Assembly (NCBI GenBank): GCA_036172245.1
Contig: JAYWIR010000010.1
Coordinates: forward strand, 3,100,001-3,164,000
Length of the DNA: 64,000 nucleotides
Origin: Raillietiella orientalis
Lineage: Eukaryota
Direction: 5' to 3'
Shown: positions 37,431 to 51,549 of the stretch, piece after piece
How the letters are laid out: each line of letters starts with the position of its first letter
Numbering within the stretch: position 1 is the stretch's first letter
Position numbers and translations under genes: made by a program
Notes under the pieces: generated by a model
Seen by the model: only the letters and a program-made list of their open reading frames with translations
What the model was told of the DNA's origin: nothing
The model's database searches: none

Positions 37431-38999
37431 AAAGGTTCGTCTATTAAAGAATCAGATAATTAATTTATCTGCTGATTATTGAACAGATGCTATTGATTTT
37501 GGCCAACATCGTCATTGCATCAAGCGAGAATAAATAAATGAATTAATATACAGTACATACGTCTTTTTTTTTCTTCATATGTTTTACCACCGGATTATGC
37601 TTTTTTGTAAGTTTCTGGGGTTTTAGTATGCCCTAGTAATTTTTTTGTACCACGTTTGATATTCAGAAAATAGAGAGGCTTCTTGTTTTTTTTTTTTTTT
37701 TTTTTCAATATGGAGTATGAAAGAAACCTATTTTTTTCTTCTTTTCGTGGGATTCTTTTATATCCCAGTGGACGGTTGTCAGGAACTGTTCCTGTTTTGC
37801 GAATCATCGTTTTAAGAATCGACTGCGTCTTTTAAACAGTTTCTTTATGCATTTAGTTCTCAAGCTAATTTTGATCCATGATCTTTCCTTGATATATGGT
37901 CAGATGGACGCAACTGACTTGTGATGTATTTGTAGTGCCAGGAGATCGGCGCCTATTTTGAGGTGAAGCATAAGGCTCACCTACTCTCGTTGCTAAATGT
38001 CTCGTCACTACGAAATGATTCTCTCGACTCAATGGACATTTCATGTTGGCCCACAAGATTAATTTTCATTGGGCAGAGCCTTCGTTTTCCTTTTTAATAT
38101 GACGATCCTAAACAAGGAGTTTCATTCCACTGGAAAGAAGCTGGTCTTCATTACTCAAAAATTCATCAAACAGAGGGGCTCTCAAAAGAGTAATAGTGGA
38201 CTACTTTCAACGGAAGTAAATCATTTCATTACAACGCATCTTTCTGGCTTTTATTGACCAGGAGACACACTAACGGTCCTCAGCTCCTTACCAGATTTTG
38301 TATTGATTTCCTGAGATGCTTCATTTGTATTTTAGAAGATTGCTTCGCTGTAATCAAGTATGGCAACCTTTATGAACGAAGGAGTTCCAATTCTAAATTT
38401 CGGGAAATACGCATTTCCAATAAGGAAAAAGAGGAGAGAAAACTAATGAGGCAAAGTCTTTCCATGCAGTGGCTTATGTTTTGTTTTTGAAATCTTCCAC
38501 TGTTCGACGATAGCAGCTATTCCCCATGAAAATCCTATAAAATTCAGATGTCACCTGTTTATCCTCAATTTCAGTGTACGATTTTTTGGTAACGCTCTTA
38601 GCCTTTTATCTTCTTCATCTTCAGCAGAAGATCCTGACCGGATTTCACTATATCTACTTCAAGCTTGCCAGTGCACGAGCGGAATTCTGTCCATTTCAGT
38701 TCTCGAACTGTGACTTTAGAACCGCAACCCTTATAGGGTAAAGTATCGTCGAATGGAAAAATTCTAGAAGTTGGTAAGCATTAGCAGTCATGAAGCAACC
38801 CGGTTTCTAGCTATTCCTAGCTATTCCCCTTTCAAGTTTTTCTTGACGTAAAATGTTTGCGTTCGTACAATAAGTGCAGAATTTGATGCCACGCAAATTT
38901 TGATAAATAACAAATCCATCTGAGAGGAGCAAATTAGCTAGTGATGCGTACGTACGAATTGAATATTTAGACATTCGTTTCGAAGACTCGATGATCGCA

Positions 39000-41100
39000 T
39001 GTTCTGTCTTTGCAATTTTCCTAATGTGCCACGAGATATTTCTCTTATGTGGCTGCTGACATCTGCAGATTTCTGTACACTACATTCAAGACCTTCGATA
39101 TCACGGAAGAAAGGCACTCTCTCGGGTGCGTGAACTCTTGCATTTTTAGAAGGACGAACCTGCGAGGAGAAACCTCTTTCGATCGCAGCATGAGACTCCA
39201 ACTCTCGCAGCATCCGGCGATGCTCGACGTTTCTCGATCCGGCAATCGAGGACCTTTCTCATCAGAGAGAGACCTGCTCTCCAGCTGTTTCGTCACCAGT
39301 GTGGGACAACTACTCTTGGAGTGGTTTTACTCCATGCTCCAGACCCACTCCAGACGTGAGTCTGTCTGGAGCCCCCGTATATCCATGAGCCAGCTCGGGA
39401 ACGGATGGGAGATCGATCTTGCCGTCGCTTCCCGAAACGGGATGAAACGCTTCGGCGTATCTCAGATGATCGCGTCCGGCGGCACCTCCGCCTCGGCACC
39501 GGAGGCGCTCGCCACTTGAGGTCTGGTCTTGCTTCTTCCGCAAAGACCAGACCAGACCATCGAGAAGGCCGCGAACGGACGATGGAGGAGATCGTGTGGG
39601 CAGCAAACGCACGGTATGGAGTCGGTCGTCGCTGAGACCCAACATTGTGGCCGAGGAAAGCGTGCCGGGCCATGATGTTGGACGCCTATTGACCATCCGA
39701 AAGAATGCCAGCAATTTTCTAGGGGACGTAGAAAGCTGCGAAGCAACGGAAGGAACCCATCGGAAAGACGCGTTCTCTTCGTCGCTCCCACGAACCCAAG
39801 CCTCAGTCCGTGCGACCGTCTCATTGGAGACCCCAAGATAGCGATCTTGGTGTCTCCGATGAGCGGAGACGCTCTGCAAGAGCGGGACATTCCAAGAACT
39901 GGAATGTGCGAACCCGCTCCGTTTGTCGAGTAAACGGAGGGACTGCACTGGAGAAAAGGGAGCAGGACGTTTGCGACCTTCACCGTGTTCACAAGCAAGC
40001 CGATGATGTCGTCCAGCATCCAACACTGCCGGGACATCTGTCGGACAATGACCGAGCGCTGGCTTACGGAGAGAGAGAGAAACGCCACCAGCGGCAACAG
40101 CAAAACTCGAGCCCGGCCGCACACGGGAAACTCTGGGTGAGGAGAGAAACGATGGGGACTCGAACCGTGGGGATGAATCCGCCCGACAAAGCTGTCTTCC
40201 CTACAAGGAACGTGGCCCTCGCGAACTCTTCCGTCTCGGATCAACGATCTTCCGTCGCTCCAGCAGCGACGAAGCTGGACAAGTGATGCACTTGCCGAGA
40301 ATCTCTTCCGTGCATTGCTGTATGTTATCCTACACCTCTGTAATGAGGCAACTATGGAGGGGAAACTTCCTGGAGGTTCCATGCATCTTCCGAAAAATCA
40401 CAATTTCATCTTGAGCCTCTTTGTCAATTAGGTTCCTCAGTTTTCTCGTAAGTTGCTGCAAGCAACTGTCTCGTGTTGCTATAAGCAATGAACTTCAGAC
40501 TTGCGCTCTTTCATGCTCTGGACTTCGCATTAAATGCTGCATATTTGGAAAGTGCACTTCCTTTTACAGGATTTTTCACTTTGCGTTGCCCGTTCATGGC
40601 TGCGCTTGTTTACGTGCCCGGAATCCAGCGATAGGCGTGAACGAATGGGATTATTTAGATATTTGTAGCAGTGTCATGAGCATTTCTTTGGGAACGCGGA
40701 ATTCTATATGCTTCTTCATGAGAGGACCCGGGCATTTTGGATTCGAGTTCACGTACAGAGGAACAGTTGGCATTGCATGTAGGAATCAACACGGCACATT
40801 TCCACAGCAGGATTGTAGTAGCCCTTGGTCGATGTGTTTTAAGGCATTTTTATTTTCAGATTCGTGTTCTTGAAGAAAAAAAAAAAATTTTTTTCTGAAA
40901 GTGATTGTAGATATCGGACATCTCATGAGGAACTCCAGTCTATCACTCCGCTGCAAACTGGACAGCTTCCACAACTATTCGGAAGAGTGCTTCGAGATAA
41001 TAATCCACAAGCAATTGCGAAAACCTCTTTCATTTTGGAACAGTATCAAAGAACATTGGTTTCTTGAAGATTACAGTAATACAACGTTCTTCTTATTTGC
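39000..41100 (+). mobile_element. Decayed L1/Tx1-like ORF2 relic A (endonuclease, linker, RT)
   Basis: Frameshifted remnants in LINE order: EIDLAVAS, ISDDRVRRHLRLG (SDH-like), SLQQRRSWTSDALAENLFRALLYVILHLCNEATMEGKLP (KSPGPDG..EFFK..L.NE...G.LP-like), IRFLSFLVSCCKQLSRVAISNEL (YRPISLL...YKLLSRVLANRL-like), QQDCSSPWSM. Confidence 0.6.
39105..40307 (+). repeat. Left arm of a 1203-bp inverted repeat (partner 61972-63174)
   Basis: Identical ORFs appear on opposite strands in the supplied track (e.g. 270 aa at 39310..40122- and 62157..62969+). I saw only one substitution (TCGATCCGG vs TCGACCCGG). Confidence 0.97.
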
Positions 41101-43876
41101 TGGTATAATTATTCCTGGAAGGTACGATGAATGCTCGGGACTCGCAGGAGATCTAAGCTTGTGTCATTCAGGGAAGGAAAACTGCACCCAGAGCTTGTGA
41201 CAAGTTTCTATAGAAGTCTTTTTATAAAACTGGTTACTGCTTATGTCGGTTATTTTCTTATGTGAAAAGATACTTCCAATCCACTCTTGGATAAGATGAG
41301 AAAAAAAATCATGATGACCAATCCAAATGCTAACCAGCAACACCAATTCTGATGTAGAGCATGCAATCTATTGCCAACACAAGAGGTTTGGTTTCATTTC
41401 TATCCCATCAACGCTAACATTGCACTTTGGGGTCGGTTTTCGTTGAAGCTTATTAAAGTCCTGTTTATCATTATAATTATTTTCAAACCTCCTTGAGTTG
41501 CGATTCCTTGCACCTCTCGAAAGCATGTAGCGTGATTAAACTTCCAAATCATGTACAGCTCCTCAACTCTGCCTTTTTAATGAATCCACTTTATTTTAGG
41601 GTAGGAGGTTAAATTAAATCTCTACGATCTATCTCTCAACGCTGAATCGGTAGTATTAGTTGAGAAAGGAGCTTTAAGGATGTATTTATAATTCCATTCA
41701 TATTCATTTTATTTTGCTTCATTTTATGCCAAATCTTTAAGATTTTTCTCTATTGCAAGTGTCCAACACACTTCAGCAAGGAACGACAACTTCGGTATTC
41801 CGTGTTTGCAAGGTCAAAGTTCAACGAGAATCACGGTATCTGTTTTTACGTTATCTGCTTGCTTCTTCAGATTTCTGTGAACCACATCTTAGAGTGATCA
41901 TTTATAGATAAACCCAAGTGTCAGAATTCGGAAATTCGAATTCCCACCTAATCGAAAGGATTGATTCTCAAATTTGCTTCAAAAGTTCCAACTCTGTCAT
42001 TAGTGGTTATTATTATTTCTTGGAAAGTTTCAATTCTTCCAAACGATTCTTAATATCAGCCCTCTGACAAGCAGAACTTTATTTGTCATCACTGGGTTAT
42101 CTGCTTATTCGTGGAGGTATCCCACCCTTCCATATGAAGTTTTTTTGGAAAGTAATAAAAAGTAACCAGCTGCGTGTTTATCTGTGCTGAGGACATCTAT
42201 TCCACCCTTAATCGCAGGCTGTTCCAGGCTCATGCTAGGAAGAGAGAAAACGCTGCAGCCTTCATTTCTTGCGTTGATTCTATATGGTCTTTATGATCAT
42301 CAGAAGTTTGTTTATTATGATGAAAGCACGTCGCTTGCAGATTTAATTTATTCCCCCTCCTTCCAGCTTGTTGAATTTAGTGAACTGCACCCTCTTGATA
42401 GCTCGACCTTCGCTGTTGGTAAGGCAGACAAAGGTTTCAAGGCAAGAGTAACTGCAATTCGTTTTTTACATGTTAAATAGCAGCTTCTTGGTGTAAGCGT
42501 ACCTCAAAGGCGTGTTAATCCTTCGAAATAATATATTTTTAAACTGAATCGTGAATGGCCATCATCCTAGCAAGAGCAACCAGTAATCAACCATCTCAGC
42601 ACTGAACCCACTAGAACGAATACACTTATCCACTCATTCACGGAATTCTCAGCATCATTCTAATATGGAAGAAATCATGCATCAGGCTTAAAATCCACAA
42701 TGAAGTGGTTATATTAGTCATATAAGTGGCTGTGCTTCCTACCGCTACTTTCCGAAATCAGTGGGAACCACACCATCATCGGAAAATCTGTGCACACTGT
42801 TACACGCTTGGGCCCGATGTGAGCAGTTCGCAAGAGGATTCAGGCTTATACCATTTCATCCTGCTGCTATTACATTTCAGTTCGTAACATCATGAATCGT
42901 GACTGAGATCGAAATTATATTTGGTTACCAGAGCACCCTCATTTTCTAGATTCTGCTTCATTTTTGCTTTTCACATCTACTCGCCGCACTTTTCACCCCA
43001 GGTTCCCAATCCTTGGAATGCACTGTGATGCTTTGTACACCACGAGTCACAGTTTTGTGCAGGAGTTATCCTCTGTGGCTGAAACGTTCGCATCAAGATC
43101 GATGCTCCTGTTTCATCATGTGCTTTGCCTCGCAATTTTACGTGCCCTCTTTCTCGATCACGGCACCCACCAGTACCCGCCGCGTTCCTCACCGTATTGA
43201 ATTTCAGGTCATCAAGCCATTTTGGACCGCTTCCTTCGTGCTCATAGAGAGTACCTTCATCTGCGCTACAGTACTGATCTTCGGCTAGTCTTGCCTATAT
43301 TCCAACCATTTTTTCCTGCTGTCCAGGAGCCTTTCAGAAACGGAGATTTTCTCGATGTTTCCATTTTGCTCCACGATCCTCATTGAAAACTTTACGCATT
43401 TGCTTATTGGACTCAAGAAACCACGAAGTTTCAATTGTATGTCACACCTTGAACACAGGTGTTCTATGTGAAGGAAGAAGGCAATTTTTGCTGGAAGTGA
43501 TCAGTCATTAATACTTGAAACTGAGTTCAAGTATTGGTCGATTTCTTGAATCCGTTGCGATATTCTTTGGAACCAGAGTCAAAGCGAGAGCGAGACTCTG
43601 GTCTTCTTCTCTTGATCATCCATTTCTGCAGATGCGCGGAATCAAGTTTAGATGTAGGTTTCCCGATCCGAACTCCTCCTGACTAATCTTAACAGCAGCC
43701 ACACCTCGCACTTTGAGGTGAGGCTTTGCCAGTTTTTCATGGGCACTCACAAACTGTTGCATACGGAAACTCTTAGCATTTCATCACTCAGGGAAAAATG
43801 CACCTCCTGTTCATTCCTTGATTTCGATAAAAAAATTTTATTAATAGAGATGTTGAACTGCTGAAGCCATTTTGCT

Positions 43877-43900
43877 TGTGTGTGTGTGTGTGTGTGTGTG
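43877..43900. repeat. (TG)12 microsatellite
   Basis: Read directly; followed by a T run. Confidence 0.95.
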
Positions 43901-45929
43901 TTTTTTTTTAGGAAACGGAATATCATGACGACAGTTGCATATTTTCCATATTGTTTTCTTCGCTCCACCAGAAGACGCGAGACCAAAACGATGCTAAGAA
44001 CAGCCAGAGATTTGCCTTTGAAGCGAATCCCACAGAGAAAGCATCTCGCGGTACGCTCACCTCTCTTTCTCATTCACACGGACAACCACGGCAGCGGGAA
44101 ACTTGCCACTTGGAATCGTCTTCCTCTTGAAAAAAAACATCGTAGGGAACTTCCCACCATTAGCAGTTGCTTCCAGAATAATAATCAAATTACACATTCT
44201 GGGAACCTGCTGTGGTTATTCTCGCATCTCATCCAATCCTTTTAATTGACTGTGAACCTCCTCGGCGCATCAAGCTCCATCGAGACTTCAGCGTTCCTTC
44301 ACTGCATTCTCCGTTGCTCGACAGCTTGAACTAAATTTTCCTCTGCATCCGTAATCTTTCAGTGATTTCCTAAGGATTCCACTATTGACTAGTAATGGCT
44401 ACGGACGAACCTTTTGTGCGATCCATGGCACCGTTTGATGGGGATGTTGGTCTTTTAACTTGAAGGAAGCAGTTGAAACTTTTGGTTCTTCCTTTCTCGA
44501 GAACATCACTTGTTTCCTGGCTTTTCTCTCATGTCCGGCCAGAGCAACTGCTGCTTCCCTGAACTCGTTTCCCTCGGGATCCACGACTCCATTTCTTTCC
44601 CCAATCCTTGCGCGTTATTTTCTCGAATACCATAAAACGCCCCCGTCTTTCGAGCACTGCATTCAGAAATTTCGATTTGCTGCGATGTACTGTGTTCCCG
44701 CACCCCAGTTTCACTCGCATCTTCTATATGAACGCGCCTTATATATGTAAAGAGAAATCTGGTCCAGGGCAGATAGAGAGTGTGCGTTATGTGTTGCAGA
44801 GCTTCACGGACATCGTTTTAGGATGTCATGAGATTATGACCGCGGGACTGACACGAAGAGCGTTTTGAGGTTCCGGTCGGCTCTGATGCTATTCGTGCAC
44901 AATTCGGAACAAAAGCTTCAATCAACTATCTGAAGCTCCATCCCGAATTCCTCGTCGAGGAATTGAGAAACGTCGCTAAATGAAATGGGGGTAGGTTTAT
45001 TGTAGAAAAAAAAAAAAAAAAAAAAGAGAAGAAAAGAAACAAACTGTGCATAAATTAAAACTTTCCTGAAGTTTGTTCCGGCGACTAAATTTTCGTTTGC
45101 TGGAAAATCAAAGTTGTGGCACAAATTCTCAAGTGAATTTCACGCATGAGGCGCGCAGGAAACTAATAATCTGTAGACATAATTTCACTCTTTCCAGCTT
45201 CCAGTTTTTCTAGAGAAGAGCACGTGCTGAATGATCTCCATCGAAAGTTGTTTCTTGATCCGTTTCCGTTGCGCTCACAAAAAAATAATTTCCTCCATAA
45301 TCTCACAGAATCATGAAATCCCATATTACATCTTGCTAAGACGTGCTGCTCTTGAAACGGTTCCATCTTCAATCTTTCCAACTCTTCAGAACAGCATCTG
45401 TAATAGTCTTTATTTGTTTTCCTTTCCCCTCATACCACTACTTGCACGAGCCATTTGGAACCCTATAGTCCTGCATTTTTTGTGCACTCCTTCTGATATT
45501 GGTTCAGTGCATTCTTGTATCTAAATAAATTGGTATGGACCTAAAGCACATGTGAGCAATTAAATTATTAAGTAAAGCGTGACACAAAGAATTCATTTCG
45601 AATTTTGCAAGGTACATCGAAATGTAAAAGGGAGAAAGAGATTCCAAACAATCCAGGCAGCGAGCCTTCTGATGCTGTTAATCGTGGATCTGCATGCGCC
45701 GATCTTCGCCTTCTTGATAGCAGCAGTCTGTGTCCTGGACCTCCCTCCTCTGGCTGCCGGAGCTCTGGAGGTGGTGGCCTGGTCTCCATCAAGGGATGAC
45801 TTCGCCAGTGAGTCCAGTGGTGGAGCTTCGACGGTGCGGACCTTCGGCTGATCGGCTGATCTTGAGGTGGTCCGCTAATCTCCGCTGTACTTGAGGAAAG
45901 CGCTTTCTGGACAGTTAGTTTTTCTTTCT

Positions 45930-48900
45930 TAATGGTGTAGGATTAGTCTGGAGAGAGAAGTGTTGGTGCTGCAACGGCGGAAATACCAGATAACATTGCT
46001 AATGAGGGAAGGGGCGAAGTAAGAACTTCATCACCCCTCCGTATAGGAATGGAAGCAGCAGTTTCCGTAGATACGTCTCTCGGAAAAGGGGGGAGACGTG
46101 AAGGTGGGTGGGCGAAATGTCCACACAGGCTGAAACCAGCGTCTACATGGTCCAAGGGACCGGCGCTACGATATAAGGAAGGTCGTCTTCGTTTCGCATC
46201 TATTGTGCTCTCTCTTGTGGAAGCTTCAACGTGAAAAGTCGCTGCTGGAAGGCCTCACGATGTTGAGCGGGGGACAAGCCGTCGGGCTAACACGAAAGGA
46301 TGCAGTACTTGCTAAACGACTCCAATACCCGATCAACATCGGGAGCAGAAAGCTTCTGCCAGCCACAAAGGGTTACTCAATGGTGGTCCGCCTAATGGGG
46401 AGAGAAAGCTTCGCATGGACGAGAAAGTAGTCGTCCTTCGTCAGTTATCGGTGTGAGTGACGGCGTGCGTGCTCATGCCGAATCCGAACCCTTTCACGGG
46501 GCTCGAGAGACTGTTCAGAGACCTGGCTGCAGTGTGTGTAACCCTACACGAAGGCAAACAGCTTCATTCTATAAACCGCAAGTGGGCGCGAAGTGCGTCG
46601 GCTCATGGTTTCCGAGAGTCTGCGGTCATCGTAATAAGACGGGACACCTGAAAAGAAGTCCTGAAGAGAGTTACTGGTGCGAGAAGCTGGGACATACACA
46701 ATTCGTGAGCTTTATCGAACTTAGCCGAGTTTTCTCGGCTGCAAGAGCAACAACATTGGAAAACAAGAACACGCACGCAAAAGCCGACGAGGACCAGCAA
46801 ACTGATTAACGAACGGAGTCAGCGTCAACCCCCGAAACCGGGCGAATAGATCGCTTGCAGCCCCACGGCTGGAGAGAGCAAGCTGGCTGCCGACGACGCG
46901 GGTTGGCAGCTGGCTGTGAACAGGAAGAAAAGTCCGTGCACCAACAAGATGAGGAACAACGGAAGGAGCATGCTAAGCCCGGGACAGGCAACGCGCGAGC
47001 ACGTTGTGGCGATCGGTAATGAAGATGTCGCGAACGCTGCCATGGTGAAGGCTGATGAGGCGATCCTCGAAGTGGCCGTTCACTGCGGGACGCGGAGACG
47101 ACGTTTCTGCCTTCTCCAAGGTCAGCCACGAGTTGGCGACAACGGAAAAGCTGGCCGGAAAGGCCTTGCGAAGACCCATAGGGAAATTCAGGAGGGAATC
47201 TTTCAACTCCAAGCCGGAGCCGCAAAAATCCGCCGAGAAGACCCACGGGTCGTGGACTCAGGAGGCCAAAGCTTGAAGGCGGCACTTATCCCCACTAGAG
47301 GGGCAAGTGCCATCAACCGATAGTGAGACGGCAATCAGTGAAGTGATGGAACGCCTCTGTGGAGAGGGTCCTAACATCCCAATCGTCCAAGATCACTGAA
47401 AGGAGAGGGCGAAACGAAAACCCTGGAACTCCCTACGAGAGACCCATTTCCTCTCAAAGCGGTAACCACGACGTAAACCTCACAGCATTCAATGAGGGGA
47501 GTCGCCGCTTCGCGCCCATTGCGAATTGGCGTTTGGAGCGTTTGAAAAGGCATTCGCAACGACGCCAAAAAGGCGAGCCTGGCGCGAAATCCTGCACCAC
47601 GTCGACCTTGCCCTCCTTCAAAAAGTTCACTAGATTTCCACGGAGGAAGGAGCCGGCATCGAGACGGGTGCTCAGGGTCAGCCACACTAGCGCTGCGGCT
47701 TCTCGCACACACTCGGAGTCGCATCTTCTGGATAAAACCTGGTTTTTGCCGCTGAAGAGTGCCGCGAGTGCTGCAAGGTTAGAAGAGTCCAGGAAGGCAC
47801 CAGGTCAACAGGCCAGGAAGCGAAAGAAACTCTGGGGGGAAGGAAGGGGGGTTTGGTGATCGCAGTCGATGACGAAAAGGAGTTCGAATGCGTGAATCAA
47901 GGACTCCTTCTGGAGGCTACTGGAGAGCCTTAGGTCTTCCGCAAGCTCTTCTTCTTTACCTGCGGTCGCTTGGGTACGATGCGCTTGACGTCTCCTTCAA
48001 TGGACGCCACGTGTATGGCATGTCGGTATGGAGAGGCATCAGGTAGAGTTACAGTTTGATCCCTATGCTGCTCGGCACTCCCTTCGGGTCAGTGCTGAAT
48101 ACACACAGAATAACTCTGGGGACCCCGACGTCCTCCTGTCCTTGTATTCCGACCGTGTTGGCGTACTCCGACGACCTGATTCTCTTTGCGCACCCAAAAC
48201 TGGAACGCCTGGCAGCAAGAGGCACCGGAGTCCTGGGCTGCCGCTCTGTAGTGCTCTTAGGGGTACTCTAAGGAAATCCTAATGCGATCCGCTGGTAGAT
48301 TTGCAGAACTGGACGCAGTGACACCGGATAGGCATCACACCCCTTGCCGCAGAACCGTCTGATGTTAGGGCAAGCCGGCAGTAGTGGGAGTTGCCCTGCA
48401 GAACAGCAGAAGTCGCAGAACTCCTGGACAGCTGCAAGACGAGAGAGGACGAACGCCGCCACTCGCCGTTCCCGGGCTAAAGGACTCCTCCGGTGGAATG
48501 ACCTGTAGCGTACGCCCCCGAAGAACTCGTCTGTGTGCGGATACCTCCATGTTTCCGCTCCGTTGGAAACAGGATGCCTTGTTGATTCCTCACTGGGAGG
48601 GATACCGGTGCAACCAGTGCAGGCACCTGGTTTCCGTGGGAGTCACCTCCCCGCACTGTTCTAGGTGTGGAAGGATGGAGTCGTTCCAACGCCTCCTGCT
48701 GGAATGCAGTTCCATGCAAAACCTGTGGCGGAGAATTGTTTCAGCTTCGGAACTTGCTGTGGCGCTTCACGCAGGAGGCTTGCTGAAGACAGGCGTCGCA
48801 ATCTGTTGCATCTGGTTTCATAGTTACGGACCGCCATGGCCGGAGTTTCGTTTGTAGTGAAGGTAGGCCACCGGCATGGCTGCCGCCTACATGAAGACGG

Positions 48901-49190
48901 CTGCAAGATTGCCAGAGGAAGTCGCCAGGGAGATCGACACCGTCCAGAGCCTTGAAAGAAAGGAACGAATAAAACCAAAGACCCCTGCCCCTACCCGCCC
49001 ATCTTTTTTTTATTGGTTTATTGTTCATTCCTTCGTTCCCTACTTTTTGGAAGCCTGACTGCGTGCTAGTGGTCATCTTCAATGATCTTTTTTTGGGGGA
49101 GGCATTTCTTGTATTCAAGGAACACTTTTGTTCCCCACTGAGTTGTGGTTTATTTTTTAAATAAATGCCCAAGCGTCAACGGCTAAAAAC
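45930..49190 (+). mobile_element. Decayed L1/Tx1-like LINE, most of ORF2 plus 3' UTR, with an internal deletion
   Basis: Remnants: GRIDRL (endonuclease), PIANWR, DDEKEFECV (DQEKAFDRV-like), PTVLAYSDDLILF (RT YxDD motif, ORF 48056..48271), then SPHCSRCGRMESFQRLLLEC (zinc knuckle). The 3' UTR ends TAAATAAATGCCCAAGCG, similar to GAAATAAACGCCTGGCG of the 2-kb copy. Confidence 0.8.
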
Positions 49191-49249
49191 CTTGATGGAC
49201 GCGTCGACTTCAGTTGCTAGGATTGATGTAGATCAGTTTGCATCCACGT

Positions 49250-50020
49250 GACCAACCGTGGATTGAGCGAGCTAGATGAAACTCAACGGCAACGTGATTC
49301 TTCCTGGCAAGTAGTCCCCAGGGGATGCGATTCAAATGATGTGGACAAAGCTGTCCTACACATCTTGTATAAGTGGTGTAGAGAACGAAAAACTAGACAC
49401 GAATTGCCATGGAATGGATTCGAAACGCACCAAAGATCATCGCAAGGCTCCGTCCGTGAGACATCAGTCGCCGCAACGTGGAAACTTCGGCAGCATGAGA
49501 TCATTACGTTATTGGATGTAGAAATTGGGAAAGTGGTACAGGAGCAGCAATATTCCAATGACACCAATCCGGAGACCTCCGAATGAAAAGACATGTTCCA
49601 AGTTCCGGATGAACTTGGTCCAAGGACGCGTCTCCTTTCACTGACTTCCTCGGCTTTCCACACGCGGCTCTTCGTTGGAAGATGAACTTGTCGTGCATGC
49701 AGAGCGCGCATTCCAGGAATCTTCAAAGCTGTTTTCACTGGAACGGAAAGAGGGAAAGAGAAATTGCACCTATCAGTGCCCCAAGGAAAGAAAAATCTTG
49801 AGATCAAGAAGTGCATTTTGTATTTGCATTTCTGAAAAATCTGTTTTGAGAGTCTGGAACAGAAGTAAAGAAGTGAAAAGTGCTGGTTGATAAGAGAATG
49901 AAGAAAGGACAGAACTCGCAAAAGGCCCTCCTCAGTGTGTTTCGTTATTTCTTTTGGCATTTCTTGTATTCAGAGGATAGCGTTCCCCTTATCTGCAGTT
50001 TATTTTCTAAATAAAGTTCC
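49250..50020 (+). mobile_element. Older 3' fragment of a related LINE
   Basis: GGCATTTCTTGTATTCA...GTTCCCC...GTTTATTTTCTAAATAAA at about 49956-50015 matches the 3' UTR at about 49101-49167. Confidence 0.5.
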
Positions 50021-50289
50021 CAATGATCTCCTGCAAATCTGTTCCCCATTCCAATCCCGGCGGCGTCGCTCGAGACATTCTTCGAGCTGCTACGTCGGAA
50101 GCGAACATGGGAGTGAACAGGATGAAGTAGAAGCTCGTTCCTGTGGGTGTGGTGCGGGCACGGCAGCCGGGCTGGATCCGATTGGGGATCCCCATGGGTA
50201 GTCAAAAACAGTCTCCTAAGTGCACATCAAGGTATGTCCTTAGGAGACTTCTGTCTTGCAGAAGTTGCGCCTGGTTTCCTCCAGAAGAC

Positions 50290-51480
50290 ATAAATGGTGC
50301 TGACATCGTTCCAAGATGGCAAGTTTTGCTTGTAGGAACGAGCCTCCATTTGGAATGTCTTCTCTACCCCCCTTCTTAGGCCCCTTTGTTTTTTGCTTCG
50401 TTCCCGCTACATTCAGCGAAGACAAGACGGACGGTCTCTTGTGGAAAGCACTGTGGGGACCGCAAGGCCAAAGATTCTTTTTAAAAGCTCGTTGCACAAC
50501 GAAGGCACTCAGGACTCGTCATACTGGCGTTAAAGAAAATAGAACTGCAGCTTCGGTTGACCATCAACGGGTCTCTTGTTTTCCCGCAAACTTCCACGCT
50601 TGGAAGCAGGAGGCAGTGGATACCTGGATCCGCACAACTCACACGGACGCAACCAATACGTCCCATCCACAACATAGGAGCCATCTCCCTGAAGGAAGTG
50701 TAAAGGGACGGGAAGAAATGGACCCGATCCACTGCCATCATCCCTAGTTGCAGAGCTGTTGTCTCTACGGGAGAGAAAGGACAATTGTCAGAATCCAGGG
50801 CGGGTGATCTGGTATTCCTTAGCAGGAGCGACGAAACTGACGAGCCTGTGGTGGACTGGCCAGCCGGGTGACGTGGTGACATCCAGCGACCGCGTCAAAG
50901 AACCACTTCGTTGGGCGGAATATCTCGATATCTCGCTGTCGGAGACTGTGGACCCTCTCCTCTATCGTGTTCGCCTCTGTGTTCCCCTCAGATCGCAGCA
51001 CGAAGAGACTCTGCTGTTCGTGCACTGGCTTTTCCCGTGCAGCCAGCGACGACATCGCTGGAGGAGAGGACTGCGGAGACTGAGGAGGAATGGAAACCTT
51101 TACCGGTTGCCGAACTGCCGCGACCTTCGGAGCATGTGGATATGGACACGCCTTGCATCTGCTCTACTTCGACCCGTAGCCACCCCGAAACTGCAGTTCT
51201 GCTTCACGAGGGACGGACTTTAGCACCTGCTTCCCCGATCGCAATCTTGCGTGGCTTCAGGAGGATGGTGGCGTCCCAGAACACTGAGCAGCGCATCAGC
51301 AGGGAAGAAGGCTGTACGCCTCAGTACGCAGTAATAAGGGATGTGGCAAAATGGTTTGTGGCGGATGCACCAGAATCAAAGTGGACGCCGCCTACATCCC
51401 AAGCAGTCATGGAAAGGCAGACAGATGCGCCACCATGTCCATCTCTTTCTTTCTCATCTTTCTTTCTCATTCCCTTGAGT
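50290..51480 (+). mobile_element. Decayed 3' portion of a related L1/Tx1-like LINE
   Basis: TLLFVHWLFPCSQR and WTRLASALL in ORF 50759..51223 parallel VILLVHWGFHWNQR and LWLASTLL of ORF 2274..3023. Upstream RWQVLLVGTSLHLECLLYPP resembles the post-RT thumb region. Confidence 0.55.
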
Positions 51481-51549
51481 AGAAGAGAGCAGTATCTTCC
51501 ATGCGAGATCCCTCCTCTTTCGTAGCTGACATACGGGGCGGTGGCCCTA

